DNA of 64,000 bases from Eledone cirrhosa (lineage: Eukaryota), in the NCBI GenBank assembly GCA_964016885.1, contig OZ024744.1:15872001-15936000 (forward strand). The letters run 5' to 3'. A program made the translations under genes and the position numbers. The notes beneath the pieces are model-generated. The model ran no database searches. It had not been told where the DNA came from and saw nothing but the letters and a program-made list of their open reading frames with translations. Positions 39,601-54,600 of this stretch are shown piece by piece (position 1 is the stretch's first letter; each line of letters begins with the position of its first letter).

Positions 39601-42600
39601 GAAGGAAGTTGGAGGAGGAGAGTATGAAGGAAGTTGGAGAAGGAGAGTATGAAGGAGGTTGGAGAAGGAGAATATGAAGGAAGTTGGAGAAGGAGAGTAT
39701 GAAGGAGCTTGGAATTGTAGAGTATGAAGGAAGTTGGAGAAGGATAATATGAAGGAAGTTGGAGAAGCAGAGTATGAAGGATGTTGGAGAAGGAGAGTAT
39801 GAAGGAAGTTGGAGAAGGAGAGTATGAAGGAAGTTTGAGAAGGAGAATATGAAGGAAGTTGGAGGAGGAGAGTATGAAGGTATTTGGAGAAGGAGAATCT
39901 GACGGACGTTGGAGAAGGAGAGTAGGAAAGAAGTTGGAGAAGGATAATATGAAGGAAGTTGGATAAGGAGAATATGAAGGAAGTTGAAGGAGGAGAATAT
40001 TAAAGAAGTTGGAAAAGGAAAGTATGAAGGAAGTTGGAGAAAGAGAATCTGAAGGAAGTTGGAGAAGGAGAGTATGAAGGAAGTTGGAGAAGGAGACTAT
40101 GAAGGAAGTTGGAGAAGGAAAGTATGAAGGAAGTTGGAGAAGGAGAGTATGAAGGAAGTTGGAGAAGGAGATTATGAAGGAAGTTGGAGAAGGCGAGTAT
40201 GAAGGAAGGTGGAGAAGGAGCGTATGATGGAAGTTGGAGAAGGAGATTATGAAGGAAGTTGAATAAGGAGAATATGAAGGAAGTTGGAGAAGGAGAGTAT
40301 GAAGGAAGTTGGAGAAGGAGAGTATGAAGGGGGTTGGAGGAGGAGAATATGAAGGAAGTTGGAGAAGGAGAGTATGAAGGAAGTTGGAGAAGTAGAATAT
40401 GAAGGAAGTTGGGGAAGAAGGTATAAAGGAAGTTGGAGAAGGAGAGTCTGAAGGAAGTTGGAGATGGAGAGTATGAAGGAAGTTGAAGAAGGAGAGTATG
40501 AAGGAAGTTGGAGAAGTAGAGTATGAAGGAAGTTGGAGATGGAGAGTATGAAGGAAGTTGAATAAGGAGAATATCAAGGAAGTTGAAGAAGGAGAATATG
40601 AAGGAAGTTGGAGAAGGAGAGTATGAAGGAAGTTGAAGAAAGAAAATATGAAGGAAGTTGGAGAAGGAGAGTATGAAGGAAGTTGGAGAAGGAGACTATG
40701 AAGGAAGTTGGAGAAGGAAAGTATGAAGGAAGTTGGAGAAGGAGAGTATGAAGGAAGTTGGAGAAGGAGATTATGAAGGAAGTTGAAGAAGTAGAATATG
40801 AAGGAAGTTGCAGAAGGATAATATGAAGGAAGTTGGAGAAGGAGAGTATGAAGGAAGTTGGAGAAGGCGAGTATGAAGGAAATTGGAGAAGGAGTGTATG
40901 AAGGATGTTGGAGGAGGAGAGTATGAAGGAAGTTGGAGAAGGAGAATATGAAGGAAATTGGAGAAGGAGCGTATGAAGGAAGTTGGAGAAAAAGAATATG
41001 AAGGAAGTTGTAGAAGAAGGTATGAAGGAAGTTGCAGAAGGAGAGTATGAAGAAAGTTGGAGAAGGAGAGTATGAAGGAAGTTGAAGGAAGAAAATATGA
41101 AGGAAGTTGGAGGAGGAGAATATGAAGGAAGTTGGAGAAGGAGAATATGAAGGAAGTTGGAGAAGGAAAATATGAAGGATGTTGGAGAAGGATAATATGA
41201 AAGAAGTTGGAGAAGGAGAGTATGAAGGAAGTTGGAGAAGGAGAGTATGAAGGAAGTTGGAGAAGGAGATTATGAAGGAAGTTGGAGAAGGAGAGTATGA
41301 AGGAAGTTGAAGGAAGAAAATATGAAGGAAGTTGGAGGAGGAGAATATGAAAGGAATTTGGAGAAGGAAAATATGAAGGATGTTGGAGAAGGATAATATG
41401 AAAGAAGTTGGAGAAGGAGAGTATGAAGGAAGTTGTAGAAGGAGCGTATGAAGGAAGTTAGAGAAGGAGATTATGAAGGAAGTTGGAGAAGAAGAGTATG
41501 AAGGAAGTTGCAGAAGGAGCGTATGAAGGAATTTGGAGAAGGAGAGTATGAAGGAAGTTGAAGGAAGAAAATATGAAGGAAGTTGGAGGAGGAGAATATG
41601 AAGGAATTTGGAGAAGGAGAATATGAAGGAAGTTGGGGAAGAAGGTATGAAGGAAGTTGGAGAAGGAGAGTATGAAGGAAGTTGGAGAAGGAGAGTATGA
41701 AGGAAGTTGGAGAAGGAGAGTATGAAGGAAGTTGAAGGAGAAGAATATGAAGGAAGTTGAAGAAAGAGAATCTGAAGGAAGTTGGAGAAGGAGAGTATGA
41801 AGGAAGTTGAAGTAGGAGAGTATGAAGGAAGTTGAAGAAGGAGAGTATGAAGGAAGTTGAAGGAGGAGAATATGAAGTAAGTTGAAGAAGGAGAATCTGA
41901 AGGAAGTTGGAGGAGAATATGAAGGAAGTTGGAGAAGGAGAATATGAAGGAAGTTGAAGGAGGAGAATATAAACGAATTTGGAGAAGGAGAGTATGAAGG
42001 AAGTTGGAGAATGAGAATCTGAAGGAAGTTGGAGTAGGAGAGTATGAAGGAAGTTTGAGAAGGAGAATCTGAAGAAAGTTGGAGAAGGAGAATCAGAAGG
42101 AAGTTGGAGAAGCACAGAATGAAGGAAGTTGAAGAAGGAGAATCTGAAAGAAGTTGGAGAAGGAGAGTATGAAGGAAGTTGAAGAAGGAGAATCTGAAGG
42201 AAGTTGGAGAAGGAGAGTATGAAGGAAGTTGAAGGAGAAGAATATGAAGGAAGTTGAAGAAGGAGAATCTGAAGGAAGTTGGAAAAGGAGAGTATGAAGG
42301 AAGTTGGAGAAGGAGAGTATGAAGGAAGTTGGAGAAGGAGAGTATGAAGGAAGTTGAAGGAGGAGAATATGAAGTAAGTTGAAGAAGGAGAATCTGAAGG
42401 AAGTTGGAGGAGAATATGAAGGAAGTTGGAGAAGGAGAATATGAAGGAAGTTGAAGGAGGAGAATATAAACGAATTTGGAGAAGGAGAGTATGAAGGAAG
42501 TTGAAGGAGAAGAATATGAAGGAAGTTGAAGAAGGAGAATCTGAAGGAAGTTGGAGAAGGAGAGTCTGAAGGAAGTTGGAGAAGGAGAATATGAAGGAAG

Positions 42601-45600
42601 TTGGAGAAGGAGATTATGAAGGAAGTTGAAGGAGGAGAATATGAAGTAATTTGAAGAAGGAGAATCTGAAGGAAGTTGGAGGAGAGTATGAAGGAAGTTG
42701 GAGAAGGAGAATATGAAGGAAGTTGAAGGAGGAGAATATAAACGAATTTGGAGAAGGAGAGTATGAAGGAAGTTGAAGGAGAAGAATATGAAGGAAGTTG
42801 AAGGAGAATCTGAAGGAAGTTGGAGAAGGTGAGTATGAAGGAAGTTAGAGAAGGAGAATATGAAGGAAATTGAAGGAGGAGAATATGGACGAAGTTGGAG
42901 AAGGAGAATATGAAGGAAGTTGAAGGAGGAGAATATTAAGGAAGTTGAAGAAGGAGAATCAGAAGGAAGTTGGAGAAGGAGAGTATGAAGGAAGTTGAAG
43001 AAGGAGAATCTGAAGGAAGTTGGAGGAGAGCATGAAGGAAGTTGGAGAAGGAGAGTATGAAGGAAGTTGAAGGAGGAGAATATGAACGAAGTTGGAGAAG
43101 GAGAATATGAAGGAAGTTGAAGTAGGAGAATATGAAGGAAGTTGAAGAAGGAGAATCAGAAGGAAGTTGGAGAAGGAGAGTATGAAGGAAGTTGAAACAG
43201 GAGAATCTGAAAGAAGTTGGAGAAGTAGAGTATGAAGGAAGTTGGAGAAGGAGAATATGAAGGATGTTGAAGGAGGAGAATATGAAGGAAGTTGGAGAAG
43301 GAGAGTATGAAGGAAGTTGGAGAAGTAGAATATGAAGAAAGTTCGAGAAGGAGAGTATGAAGGAAGTTGAAGGAGAAGAATATGTAGGAAGTTGAAGAAG
43401 GAGAATCTGAAGCAAGTTGCAGAAGGAGAGTATGAAGGAAGTTGGAGAAGGAGAGTATGAAGGAAGTTGGAGAAGGAGAATATAAACGAATTTGGAGAAG
43501 GAGAGTATGAAGGAAGTTGGAGAATGAGAATCTGAAGGAAGTTGGAGAAGGAGAGTATGAAGGAAGTTTGAGAAGGAGAATCTGAATGATGTTGGAGAAG
43601 GAGAGTACGAAGGAAGTTGAAGGAGAAGAATATGAACGAAGTTGGAGAAGGAGAATATGAAGGAAGTTGAAGAAGGAGAATCAGAAGGAAGTTGGAGAAG
43701 GAGAATATGAAGGAAGTTGAAGGAGGAGAATATGAAAGAATTTGGAGAACGAGAGTATGAAGGAAGTTGGAGAAGGAGAATATGAAGGAAGTTGGAGAAG
43801 GAGAGTATGAAGGAAGTTGGGGAAGAAGGTATGAAGGAAGTTGGAGAAGGAGAGTATGAAGGAAGTTGGGGAAGAAGGTATGAAGGAAGTTGGAGAAGGA
43901 GAGTATGAAGGAAGTTGGAGAAGGAGAGTATGAAGGAAGTTGGAGAAGGAGAGTATGAAGGAAGTTGAAGAAGGAGAATATGAAGGAAGTTGGAGAAGAA
44001 GAGTATGAAGGAAGTTGAAGGAGGAGAACATGAAGGAAGTTGAAGAAGGAGAATCTGAAGGAAGTTGGAGAAGGAGAGTATGAAGGAAGTTGAAGGAGGA
44101 GAATATGAAGGAAGTTGAAGGAGGAGAATATGAACGAATTTGGAGAAGGAGAGTATGAAGGAAGTTGGAGAATGAGAATCTGAAGGAAGTTGGAGAAGGA
44201 GAGTATGAAGGAAGTTGGAGAAGGAGAATCTGAAGGAAGTTGGAGAAGGAGAGTATGAAGGAAGTTGAAGAAGGAGAATCTGAAGGAAGTTGGAGAAGGA
44301 GAGTATGAAGGAAGTTGGGGGAGGAGAATATGAACGAAGTTGAAGAAGGAGAATATGAAGGAAGTTGAAGGGGGAGAATATGAAGGAAGTTGAAGAAGGA
44401 GAATCAGAAGGAAGTTGGAGAAGGAGAGAATGAAGGAAGTTGAAGAAGGAGAATCTGAAAGAAGTTGGAGAAGGAGAGTAGTTAGGAAGTTGGAGAAGGA
44501 GAATCTGAAGGAAGTTGGAGAAGGAGAGTATGAAGGAAGTTGAAGGAGAAGTATATGAAGGAAGTTGAAGAAGTAGAATCTGAAGGAAGTTGGAGAAAGA
44601 GAGTATGAAGGAAGTTGAAGAAGGAGAATCTGAAGGAAGTTGAAAAAGGAGAGTATGAAGGAAGTTGGAGAAGGAGAATATGAAGGAAGTTGGAGAAGGA
44701 GAGTATGAAGGAAGTTGAAGGAGAAGAATATGAAGGAAGTTGAAGGAGAATCTGAAGGAAGTTGGAGAAGGAGAGTATGAAGGAAGTTGAAAAAGGAGAA
44801 TCTGAAGGAAGTTGGAGATGGAGAGCATGAAGGAAGTTAGAGAAGGAGAATATGAAGGAAATTGAAGGAAGAGTATATGAACGAAGTTGGAGAAGGAGAA
44901 TATGAAAGAAGTTGAAGGAGGAGAATATGAAGGAAGTTGAAGAAGGAGAATCAGAAGGAAGTTGGAGAAGGAGAGTATGAAGGAAGTTGAAGAAGGAGAA
45001 TCTGAAAGAAGTTGGAGAAGGAGAGTATGAAGGAAGTTGGAGATGGAGAATCTGAAGGAAGTTGGAGAAAGAGGGTATGAAGGAATTTGAAGGAGAAGAA
45101 TATGAAGGAAGTTGAAGAAGGAGAATCTGAAGGAAGTTGGACAAGGAGAGCATGAATGAAGTTGAAGAAGGAGAATCTGAAGGAAGTTGGAGGAGAGTAT
45201 GAAGGAAGTTGGAGAAAGAGACTATGAAGGAAGTTGAAGGAGGAGTATATGAACGAAGTTGGAGATGGAGAATATGAAGAAAGTTGAAGTAGGAGAATAT
45301 GAAGTAAGTTGAAGAAGGAGAATCAGAAGGAAGTTGGAGAAGGAGAATATGAAGGAAGTTGAAGGAGCAGAATATGAAGGAAGTTGGAGAAGGAGAGTAT
45401 GGAGGAAGTTGGAGAAGGAGAATATGAAGGAATTTGGAGAAGGAGAGTATGAAGGAAGTTGGAGAAGGAGAATATGAAGAAAGTTGAAGGAGGAGAATAT
45501 GAAGGAAGTTGGAGGAGGAGAGTATGAAGGAAGTTGGAGAAGGAGAGTATGAAGGAGGTTGGAGAAGGAGAATATGAAGGAAGTTGGAGAAGGAGAGTAT

Positions 45601-48600
45601 GAAGGAGCTTGGAATTGTAGAGTATGAAGGAAGTTGGAGAAGGATAATATGAAGGAAGTTGGAGAAGCAGAGTATGAAGGATGTTGGAGAAGGAGAGTAT
45701 GAAGGAAGTTGGAGAAGGAGAGTATGAAGGAAGTTTGAGAAGGAGAATATGAAGGAAGTTGGAGGAGGAGAGTATGAAGGAAGTTGGAGAAGGAGAATCT
45801 GACGACGTTGGAGAAGGAGAGTAGGAAAGAAGTTGGAGAAGGATAATATGAAGGAAGTTGGTTAAGGAGAATATGAAGGAAGTTGAAGGAGGAGAATATT
45901 AAAGAAGTTGGAAAAGGAGAGTATGAAGGAAGTTGGAGAAGGAGAGTATGAAGGAAGTTGGAGAAGGAGACTATGAAGGAAGTTGGAGAAGGAAAGTATG
46001 AAGGAAGTTGGAGAAGGAGAGTATGAAGGAAGTTGGAGAAGGAGATTATGAAGGAAGTTGGAGAAGGCGAGTATGAAGGAAGTTGGAGAAGGAGCGTATG
46101 ATGGAAGTTGGAGAAGGAGATTATGAAGGAAGTTGAATAAGGAGAATATGAAGGAAGTTGGAGAAGGAGAGTATGAAGGAAGTTGGAGAAGGAGAGTATG
46201 AAGGGGGCTGGAGGAGGAGAATATGAAGGAAGTTGGAGAAGGAGAGTATGAAGGAAGTTGGAGAAATAGAATATGAAGGAAGTTGGGGAAGAAGGTATAA
46301 AGGAAGTTGGAGAAGGAGAGTCTGAAGGAAGTTGGAGATGGAGAGTATGAAGGAAGTTGAAGAAGGAGAGTATGAAGGAAGTTGGAGAAGTAGAGTATGA
46401 AGGAAGTTGGAGATGGAGAGTATGAAGGAAGTTGAATAAGGAGAATATCAAGGAAGTTGAAGAAGGAGAATATGAAGGAAGTTGGAGAAGGAGAGTATGA
46501 AGGAAGTTGAAGGAAGAAAATATGAAGGAAGTTGGAGAAGGAGAGTATGAAGGAAGTTGGAGAAGGAGACAATGAAGGAAGTTGGAGAAGGAAAGTATGA
46601 AGGAAGTTGGAAAAGGAGAGTATGAAGGAAGTTGGAGAAGGAGATTATGAAGGAAGTTGAAGAAGGAGAATATGAAGGAAGTTGCAGAAGGATAATATGA
46701 AGGAAGTTGGAGAAGGAGAGTATGAAGGAAGTTGGAGAAGGCGAGTATGAAGGAAATTGGAGAAGAGTATGAAGGAGGTTGGAGGAGGAGAGTATGAAGG
46801 AAGTTGGAGAAGGAGAATATGAAGGAAATTGGAGAAGGAGCGTATGAAGGAAGTTGGAGAAAAAGAATATGAAGGAAGTTGTGGAAGAAGGTATGAAGGA
46901 AGTTGGAGAAGGAGAGTATGAAGAAAGTTGGAGAAGGAGAGTATGAAGGAAGTTGAAGAAAGATAATATGAAGGAAGTTGGAGGAGGAGAATATGAAGGA
47001 AGTTGGAGAAGGAGAATATGAAGGAAGTTGGAGAAGGAAAATATGAAGGATGTTGGAGAAGGATAATATGAAAGAAGTTGGAGAAGGAGAGTATGAAGGA
47101 AGTTGTAGAAGGAGCGTATGAAGGAAGTTGCAGAAGGAGCGTATGAAGGAAGTTGGAGAAGGAGAGTATGAAGGAAGTTGAAGGAAGAAAATATGAAGGA
47201 AGTTGGAGGAGGAGAATATGAAGGAATTTGGAGAAGGAAAATATGAAGGATGTTGGAGAAGGATAATATGAAAGAAGTTGGAGAAGGAGAGTATGAAGAA
47301 AGTTGAATAAGGAGAATATGAAGGAAGTTGGAGAAGGAGAGTATGAAGGAAGTTGGAGAAGGAGAATATGAAGGAAGTTGGGGAAGAAGGTATGAAGGAA
47401 GTTGGAGAAGGAGAGTATGAAGGAAGTTGGAGAAGGAGAGTATGAAGGAAGTTGGAGAAGGAGAGTATGAAGTAAGTTGAAGAAGGAGAATAAGAAGGAA
47501 GTTGGAGAAGGAGAGTATGAAGGAAGTTGTAGGAGGAGAATATGAAGGAATTTGAAGAAGGAGAATCTGAAGGAAGTTGGAGAAAGAGAGTATGAAGGAA
47601 GTTGAAGGAGGAGAATATGAACGAATTTGGAGAAGGAGAGTATGAAGGAAGATGGAGAAGGAGAATCTGAAGGAAGTTGGAGAAGGAGAGTATGAAGGAA
47701 GTTGAAGGAGAAGAATATGAAGGAAGTTGAAGAAAGAGAATCTGAATGAAGTTGGAGAAGGAGAGTATGAAGGACGTTGAAGAAGGAGAATCTGAAGGAA
47801 GTTGGAGAAGGAGAGTATGAAGGAAGTTGGGGGAGGAGAATATGAAGGAAGTTGAAGGAGGAGAATATGAACGAAGTTGAAGAAGGAGAATATGAAGGAA
47901 GTTGAAGGAGGAGAATATGAAGGAAGTTGAAGAAGGAGAATCAGAAGGAAGTTGGAGAAGGAGAGAATGAAGGAAGTTGAAGAAGGAGAATCTGAAAGAA
48001 GTTGGAGAAGGAGAGTATGAAGGAAGTTGGAGAAGGAGAATCTGAAGGAAGTTGGAGAAGGAGAGTATGAAGGAAGTTGAAGGTGAAGTATATGAAGGAA
48101 GTTGATAAGGAGAATCTGAAGGAAGTTGGAGAAAAAGAGTATGAAGGAAGTTGGGGAAGAAGGTATGAAGGAAGTTGGAGAAGAAGAATATGAATTAAGT
48201 TGGGGAAGAAGGTATGAAAGAAGTTGGAGAAGGAGAATAGGAAGGAAGTTGAAGAAGGAAAATATGAAAGAAGTTGGAGAAGGAGAGTATGCAGCAAGTT
48301 AGAGAAGGAGAGTGTGATCGAAGTTGGAGAAGGAGAGTATGAAGGAAGTTGGAGAAGGAGAATATGAAGGAAGTTGGAAAAGGAGAGTATGAAGGAGGTT
48401 GGAGGAGGAGAGTATGAAAGAAGTTGGAGATGGAGAATATGAAGGAAGTTGGAGAAGGATAATATGAAGGAAGTTGGAGGAGGAGAGTATGAAGGAAGTT
48501 GGAGAAGGAGAATCTGACGGACGTTGGAGAAGGAGAGTAGGAAAGAAGTTGGAGAAGGATAATATGAAGGAAGTTGGATAAGGAGAATATGACGGAAGTT

Positions 48601-51600
48601 GAAGGAGGAGAATATTAAAGAAGTTGGAAAAGGAGAGTATAAAGGAAGTTAGAGAAAGAGAATCTGAAGGAAGTTGGAGAAGGAGAGTATGAAGGAAGTT
48701 GGAGAAGGAGACTATGAAGGAAGTTGGAGAAGGAGATTATGTAGGAAGTTGGAGAAGGAGAGTATGAAGGAAGTTGGAGAAGGAGCGTATGATGGAAGTT
48801 GGAGAAGGAGATTATGAAGGAAGTTGAATAAGGAGAATATGAAGGAAGTTGGAGAAGGAGAGTATGAAGGAAGTTGGAGAAGGAGAGTATGAAGGGGGCT
48901 GGAGGAGGAGAATATGAAGGAAGTTGGAGAAGGAGAGTATGAAGGAAGTTGGAGAAGTAGAATATGAAGGAAGTTGGGGAAGAAGGTATGAAGGAAGTTG
49001 GAGAAGGAGAGTGTGAAGGAAGTTGGAGATGGAGAGTATGAAGGAAGTTGAAGAAGGAGAGTATGAAGGAAGTTGGAGAAGTAGAGTATGAAGGAAGTTG
49101 GAGATGGAGAGTATGAAGGAAGTTGAATAAGGAGAATATCAAGGAAGTTGGAGAATGAGAGTGTGATTGAAGTTGGATAAGAAGAGTATGAAGGAAGTTG
49201 GAGAAGGAGAATATGAAGGAAGTTGCAAAAGGAGAGTATGAAGGAGGTTGGAGGAGGAGAGTATGAAGGAAGTTGGAGATGGAGAATATGAAGGAAGTTG
49301 GAGAAGGATAATATGAAGGAAGTTGGAGAAGGAGTGTATGAAGGAAGTTGGAGAAGGAGAATATGAAGGAAGTTGAAGGAGGAGAATATGAAGGAAGTTG
49401 AAGAAGGAGAATATGAAGGAAGTTGGAGAAGGAGAGTATGAAGGAAGTTGAAGGAAGAAAATATGAAGGAAGTTGGAGAAGGAGAGTATGAAGGAAGTTG
49501 GAGAAGGAGAATATGAAGGAAGTTGAAGAAGGAGAATATGAAGGAAGTTGCAGAAGGATAATATGAAGGAAGTTGGAGAAGGAGAGTATGAAGGAAGTTG
49601 AAGGAAGAAAATATGAAGGAAGTTGGAGGAGGAGAATATGAAGGACGTTGGAGAAGGAGAATATGAAGGAAGTTGGAGAAGGAAAATATGAAGGATGTTG
49701 GAGAAGGGTAATATGAAAGAAGTTCGAGAAGGAGAGTATGAAGGAAGTTGGTGAAGGAGAGTATGAAGGAAGTTGGAGAAGGAGATTATGAAGGAAGTTG
49801 GAGAAGGAGAGTATGAAGGAAGTTGGAGAAGGAGAATATGAAGCAAGTTGGGGAAGAAGGTATGAAGGATGTTGGAGAAGGAGAGTATGAAGGAAGTTGG
49901 AGAAGGAGAATCTGAAGGAAGTTGGAGAAGGAGAGTATGAAGGATCTTGGAGAAGCAGAGTATGAAGAAAGTTGGAGAAGGAGGATAGGAATGAAGTTGT
50001 GGAGGAAGGTATGAAAGAAGTTGGAGAAGGAGAATATGAAGGAAGTTAAAGGAGGGGAATATGAAGGAGTTGAAGAAGGAAAATATGAAAGAAGTTGGAG
50101 AAGGAGAGTATGCAGGAAGTTAGAGAAGGGGAGTATGAAGGAAGTTGGAGATGGAGAGTATGAAGTAAGTTGAATAAGGAGAATATCAAGGAAGTTGGAG
50201 AAGGAGAGTGTGATTGAAGTTGGAGAAGGAGAGTATGAAGGAAGTTGGAGAAGGAGAATATGAAGGAAGTTGGAAAAGGAGAGTATGAAGGAGGTTGGGG
50301 GAGGAGAGTATGAAGGAAGTTGGAGATGGAGAATATGAAGGAAGTTGGAGAAGGATAATATGAGGGAAGTTGGAGAAGGAGTGTATGAAGGAAGTTGGAG
50401 AAGGAGAATATGAAGGAAGTTGAAGGAGGAGAATATTAAGGAAGTTGAAGAAGGAGGATATGAAGGAATTTGGAGAAGGAGAGTATGAAGGAAGTTGGAG
50501 AAGGAGAGTATGAAGGAAGTTGGAGAAGGAGAGTATGAAGGAGGTTGGAGGAGGAGAGTATGAAGGATGTTAGAGAAGGAGAATATGAAGGAAGTTGGAG
50601 AAGGAGAGTATGAAGGAAGTTGGAGAAAAAGAACATGAAGGAAGGTGTGGAAGAAGGTATGAAGGAAGTTGGAGAAGGAGAGTATGAAGAAAGTTGGAGA
50701 AGGAGAGTATGAAGGAAGTTGAAGGAAGAAAATATGAAGGAATTTGGAGGAGGAGAATATGAAGGAAGTTGGATAAGGAGAATATGAAGGAAGTTGGAGA
50801 AGGAAAATATGAGGGATGTTGGAGAAGGATAATATGAAAGAAGTTGGAGAAGGAGAGTATGAAGGAAGTTGGAGAAGGAGAGTATGAAGGAAGTTGGAGA
50901 AGGAGATTATGAAGGAAGTTGGAGAAGGAGAGTATGAAGGAAGTTGGAGAAGGAGATTATGAAGGAAGTTGGAGAAGGAGAGTATGAAGGAAGTTGAAGA
51001 AGGAGAATATGAAGGAAGTTGGAGAAGAAGAGTATGAAGGAAGTTGAAGGAGGAGAACATGAAGGAAGTTGAAGTAGGAGAATCTGAAGGAAGTTGGAGA
51101 AGGAGAGTATGAAGGAAGTTGAAGGAGGAGAATATGAAGGAAGTTGAAGGAGGAGAATATGAACGAATTTGGAGAAGGAGAGTATGAAGGAAGTTGGAGA
51201 AGGAGAATCTGAAGGAAGTTGGAGAAGGAGAGTATGAAGGAAGTTGGAGAAGGATAATATGAAGGAAGTTTGAGAAGGAGAATATGAAGGAAGTTGGAGG
51301 AGGAGAGTATGAAGAAAGTTGGAGAAGGAGAATCTGACGGACGTTGGAGAAGGAGAGTAGGAAGGAAGTTGAAGGAGGAGAATATTAAAGAAGTTGGAAA
51401 AGGAGAGTATGAAGGAAGTTGGAGAAGGAGACTATGAAGGAAGTTGGAGAAGGAAAGTATGAAGGAAGTTGGAGAAGGAGAGTATGAAGGAAGTTGGAGA
51501 AGGAGATTATGAAGGAAGTTGGAGAAGGCGAGTATGAAGGAAGTTGGAGAAGGAGCGTATGATGGAAGTTGGAGAAGGAGATTATGAAGGAAGTTGAATA

Positions 51601-54600
51601 AGGAGAATATGAAGGAAGTTGGAGAAGGAGAGTATGAAGGAAGTTGGAGAAGGAGAGTATGAAGGGGGCTGGAGGAGGAGAATATGAAGGAAGTTGGAGA
51701 AGGAGAGTATGAAGGAAGTTGGAGAAGTAGAATATGAAGGAAGTTGGGGAAGAAGGTATAAAGGAAGTTGGAGAAGGAGAGTCTGAAGGATGTTGGAGAT
51801 GGAGAGTATGAAGGAAGTTGAAGAAGGAGAGTATGAAGGAAGTTGGAGAAGTAGAGTATGAAGGAAGTTGGAGATGGAGAGTATGAAGGAAGTTGAATAA
51901 GGAGAATATCAAGGAAGTTGAAGAAGGAGAATATGAAGGAAGTTGGAGAAGGAGAGTATGAAGGAAGTTGAAGGAAGAAAATATGAAGGAAGTTGGAGAA
52001 GGAGAGTATGAAGGAAGTTGGAGAAGGAGACTATGAAGGAAGTTGGAGAAGGAAAGTATGAAGGAAGTTGGAGAAGGAGAGTATGAAGGAAGTTGGAGAA
52101 GGAGATTATGAAGGAAGTTGAAGAAGGAGAATATGAAGGAAGTTGCAGAAGGATAATATGAAGGAAGTTGGAGAAGGAGAGTATGAAGGAAGTTGGAGGA
52201 GGAGAGTATGAAGGAAGTTGGAGAAGGAGAATATGAAGGAAATTGGAGAAGGAGCGTATGAAGGAAGTTGGAGAAAAAGAATATGAAGGAAGTTGTGGAA
52301 GAAGGTATGAAGGAAGTTGGAGAAGGAGAGTATGAAGAAAGTTGGAGAAGGAGAGTATGAAGGAAGTTGAAGGAAGAAAATATGAAGGAAGTTGGAGGAG
52401 GAGAATATGAAGGAAGTTGGAGAAGGAGAATATGAAGGAAGTTGGAGAAGGAAAATATGAAGGATGTTGGAGAAGGATAATATGAAAGAAGTTGGAGAAG
52501 GAGAGTATGAAGGAAGTTGTAGAAGGAGCGTATGAAGGAAGTTGGAGAAGGAGATTATGAAGGAAGTTGGAGAAGGAGAGTATGAAGGAAGTTGCAGAAG
52601 GAGCGTATGAAGGAAGTTGGAGAAGGAGAGTATGAAGGAAGTTGAAGGAAGAAAATATGAAGTAAGTTGGAGGAGGAGAATATGAAGGAATTTGGAGAAG
52701 GAAAATATGAAGGATGTTGGAGAAGGATAATATGAAAGAAGTTGGAGAAGGAGAGTATGAAGGAAGTTGTAGAAGGAGCGTATGAAGGAAGTTGGGGAAG
52801 AAGGTATGAAGGAAGTTGGAGAAGGAGAGTATGAAGGAAGTTGGAGAAGCAGAGTATGAAGGAAGTTGGAGAAGGAGAGTATGAAGTAAGTTGAAGAAGG
52901 AGAATAAGAAGGAAGTTGGAGAAGGAGAGTATGAAGGAAGTTGTAGGAGGAGAATATGAAGGAATTTGAAGAAGGAGAATCTGAAGGAAGTTGGAGAAAG
53001 AGAGTATGAAGAAAGTTGAAGGAGGAGAATATGAAGGAAGTTGAAGGAGGAGAATATGAAGGAAGTTGAAGAAAGAGAATCTGAAGGAAGTTGGAGAAGG
53101 AGAGTATGAAGGACGTTGAAGAAGGAGAATCTGAAGGAAGTTGGAGAAGGAGAGTATGAAGGAAGTTGGGGGAGGAGAATATGAAGGAAGTTGAAGGAGG
53201 AGAATATGAACGAAGTTGAAGAAGGAGAATATGAAGGAAGTTCAAGGAGGAGAATATGAAGGAAGTTGAAGAAGGAGAATCAGAAGGAAGTTGGAGAAGG
53301 AGAGAATGAAGCAAGTTGAATAAGGAGAATCTGAAAGAAGTTGGAGAAGGAGAGTATGAAGGAAGTTGGAGAAGGAGAATCTGAAGGAAGTTGGAGAAGG
53401 AGAGTATGAAGGAAGTTGAAGGTGAAGTATATGAAGGAAGTTGAAGAAGGAGAATCTGAAGGAAGTTGGAGAAAATGAGTATGAAGGAAGTTGGGGAAGA
53501 AGGTATGAAGGAAGTTGGAGAAGAAGAATATGAATTAAGTTGGGGAAGAAGGTATGAAAGAAGTTGGAGAAGGAGAATATGAAGGAAGTTGAATGAGGAG
53601 AATATGAAGGAAGTTGAAGAAGAATATGAAAGAAGTTGGAGAAGGAGAGTATGCAGGAAGTTAGAGAAGGAGAGTGTGATTGAAGTTGGAGAAGGAGAGT
53701 ATGAAGGAAGTTGGAGAAGGAGAATATGAAGGAAGATGGAAAAGGAGAGTATGAAGGAGGTTGGAGGAGGAGAGTATGAAAGAAGTTGGAGATGGAGAAT
53801 ATGAAGGAAGTTGGAGAAGGATAATATGAAGGAAGTTGGAGGAGGAGAGTATGAAGGAAGTTGGAGAAGGAGAATCTGACGGACGTTGGAGAAGGAGAGT
53901 AGGAAAGAAGTTGGAGAAGGATAATATGAAGGAAGTTGGATAAGGAGAATATGACGGAAGTTGAAGGAGGAGAATATTAAAGAAGTTGGAAAAGGAGAGT
54001 ATGAAGGAAGTTGGAGAAAGAGAATCTGAAGGAAGTTGGAGAAGGAAAGTATGAAGGAAGTTGGAGAAGGAGAGTATGAAGGAAGTTGGAGAAGGAGCTT
54101 ATGTAGGAAGTTGGAGAAGGAGAGTATGAAGGAAGTTGGAGAATGAGCGTATGATGGAAGTTGGAGAAGGAGATTATGAAGGAAGTTGAATAAGGAGAAT
54201 ATGAAGGAAGTTGGAGAAGGAGAGTGTGAAGGAAGTTGGAGAAGGAGAGTATGAAGGGGGCTGGAGGAGCAGAATATGAAGGAAGTTGGAGAAGGAGAGT
54301 ATGAAGGAAGTTGGAGGACTAGAATATGAAGGAAGTTGGGGAAGAAGGTATGAAGGAAGTTGGAGAAGGAGAGTATGAAGGAAGTTGAAAAAGGAGAATC
54401 TGAAAGAAGTTGGAGAAGGAGAGTATGAAGGAAGTTGAAGTAGGAGAATCTGAAGGAAGTTGGAGAAGGAGAGTATGAAGGAAGTTGAAGGAGGAGAATA
54501 TGAAGGAAGTTGAAGGAGGAGAATATGAACGAATTTGGAGAAGGAGAGTATGAAGGAAGTTGGAGAAGGAGAATCTGAAGGAAGTTGGAGAAGGAGAGTA

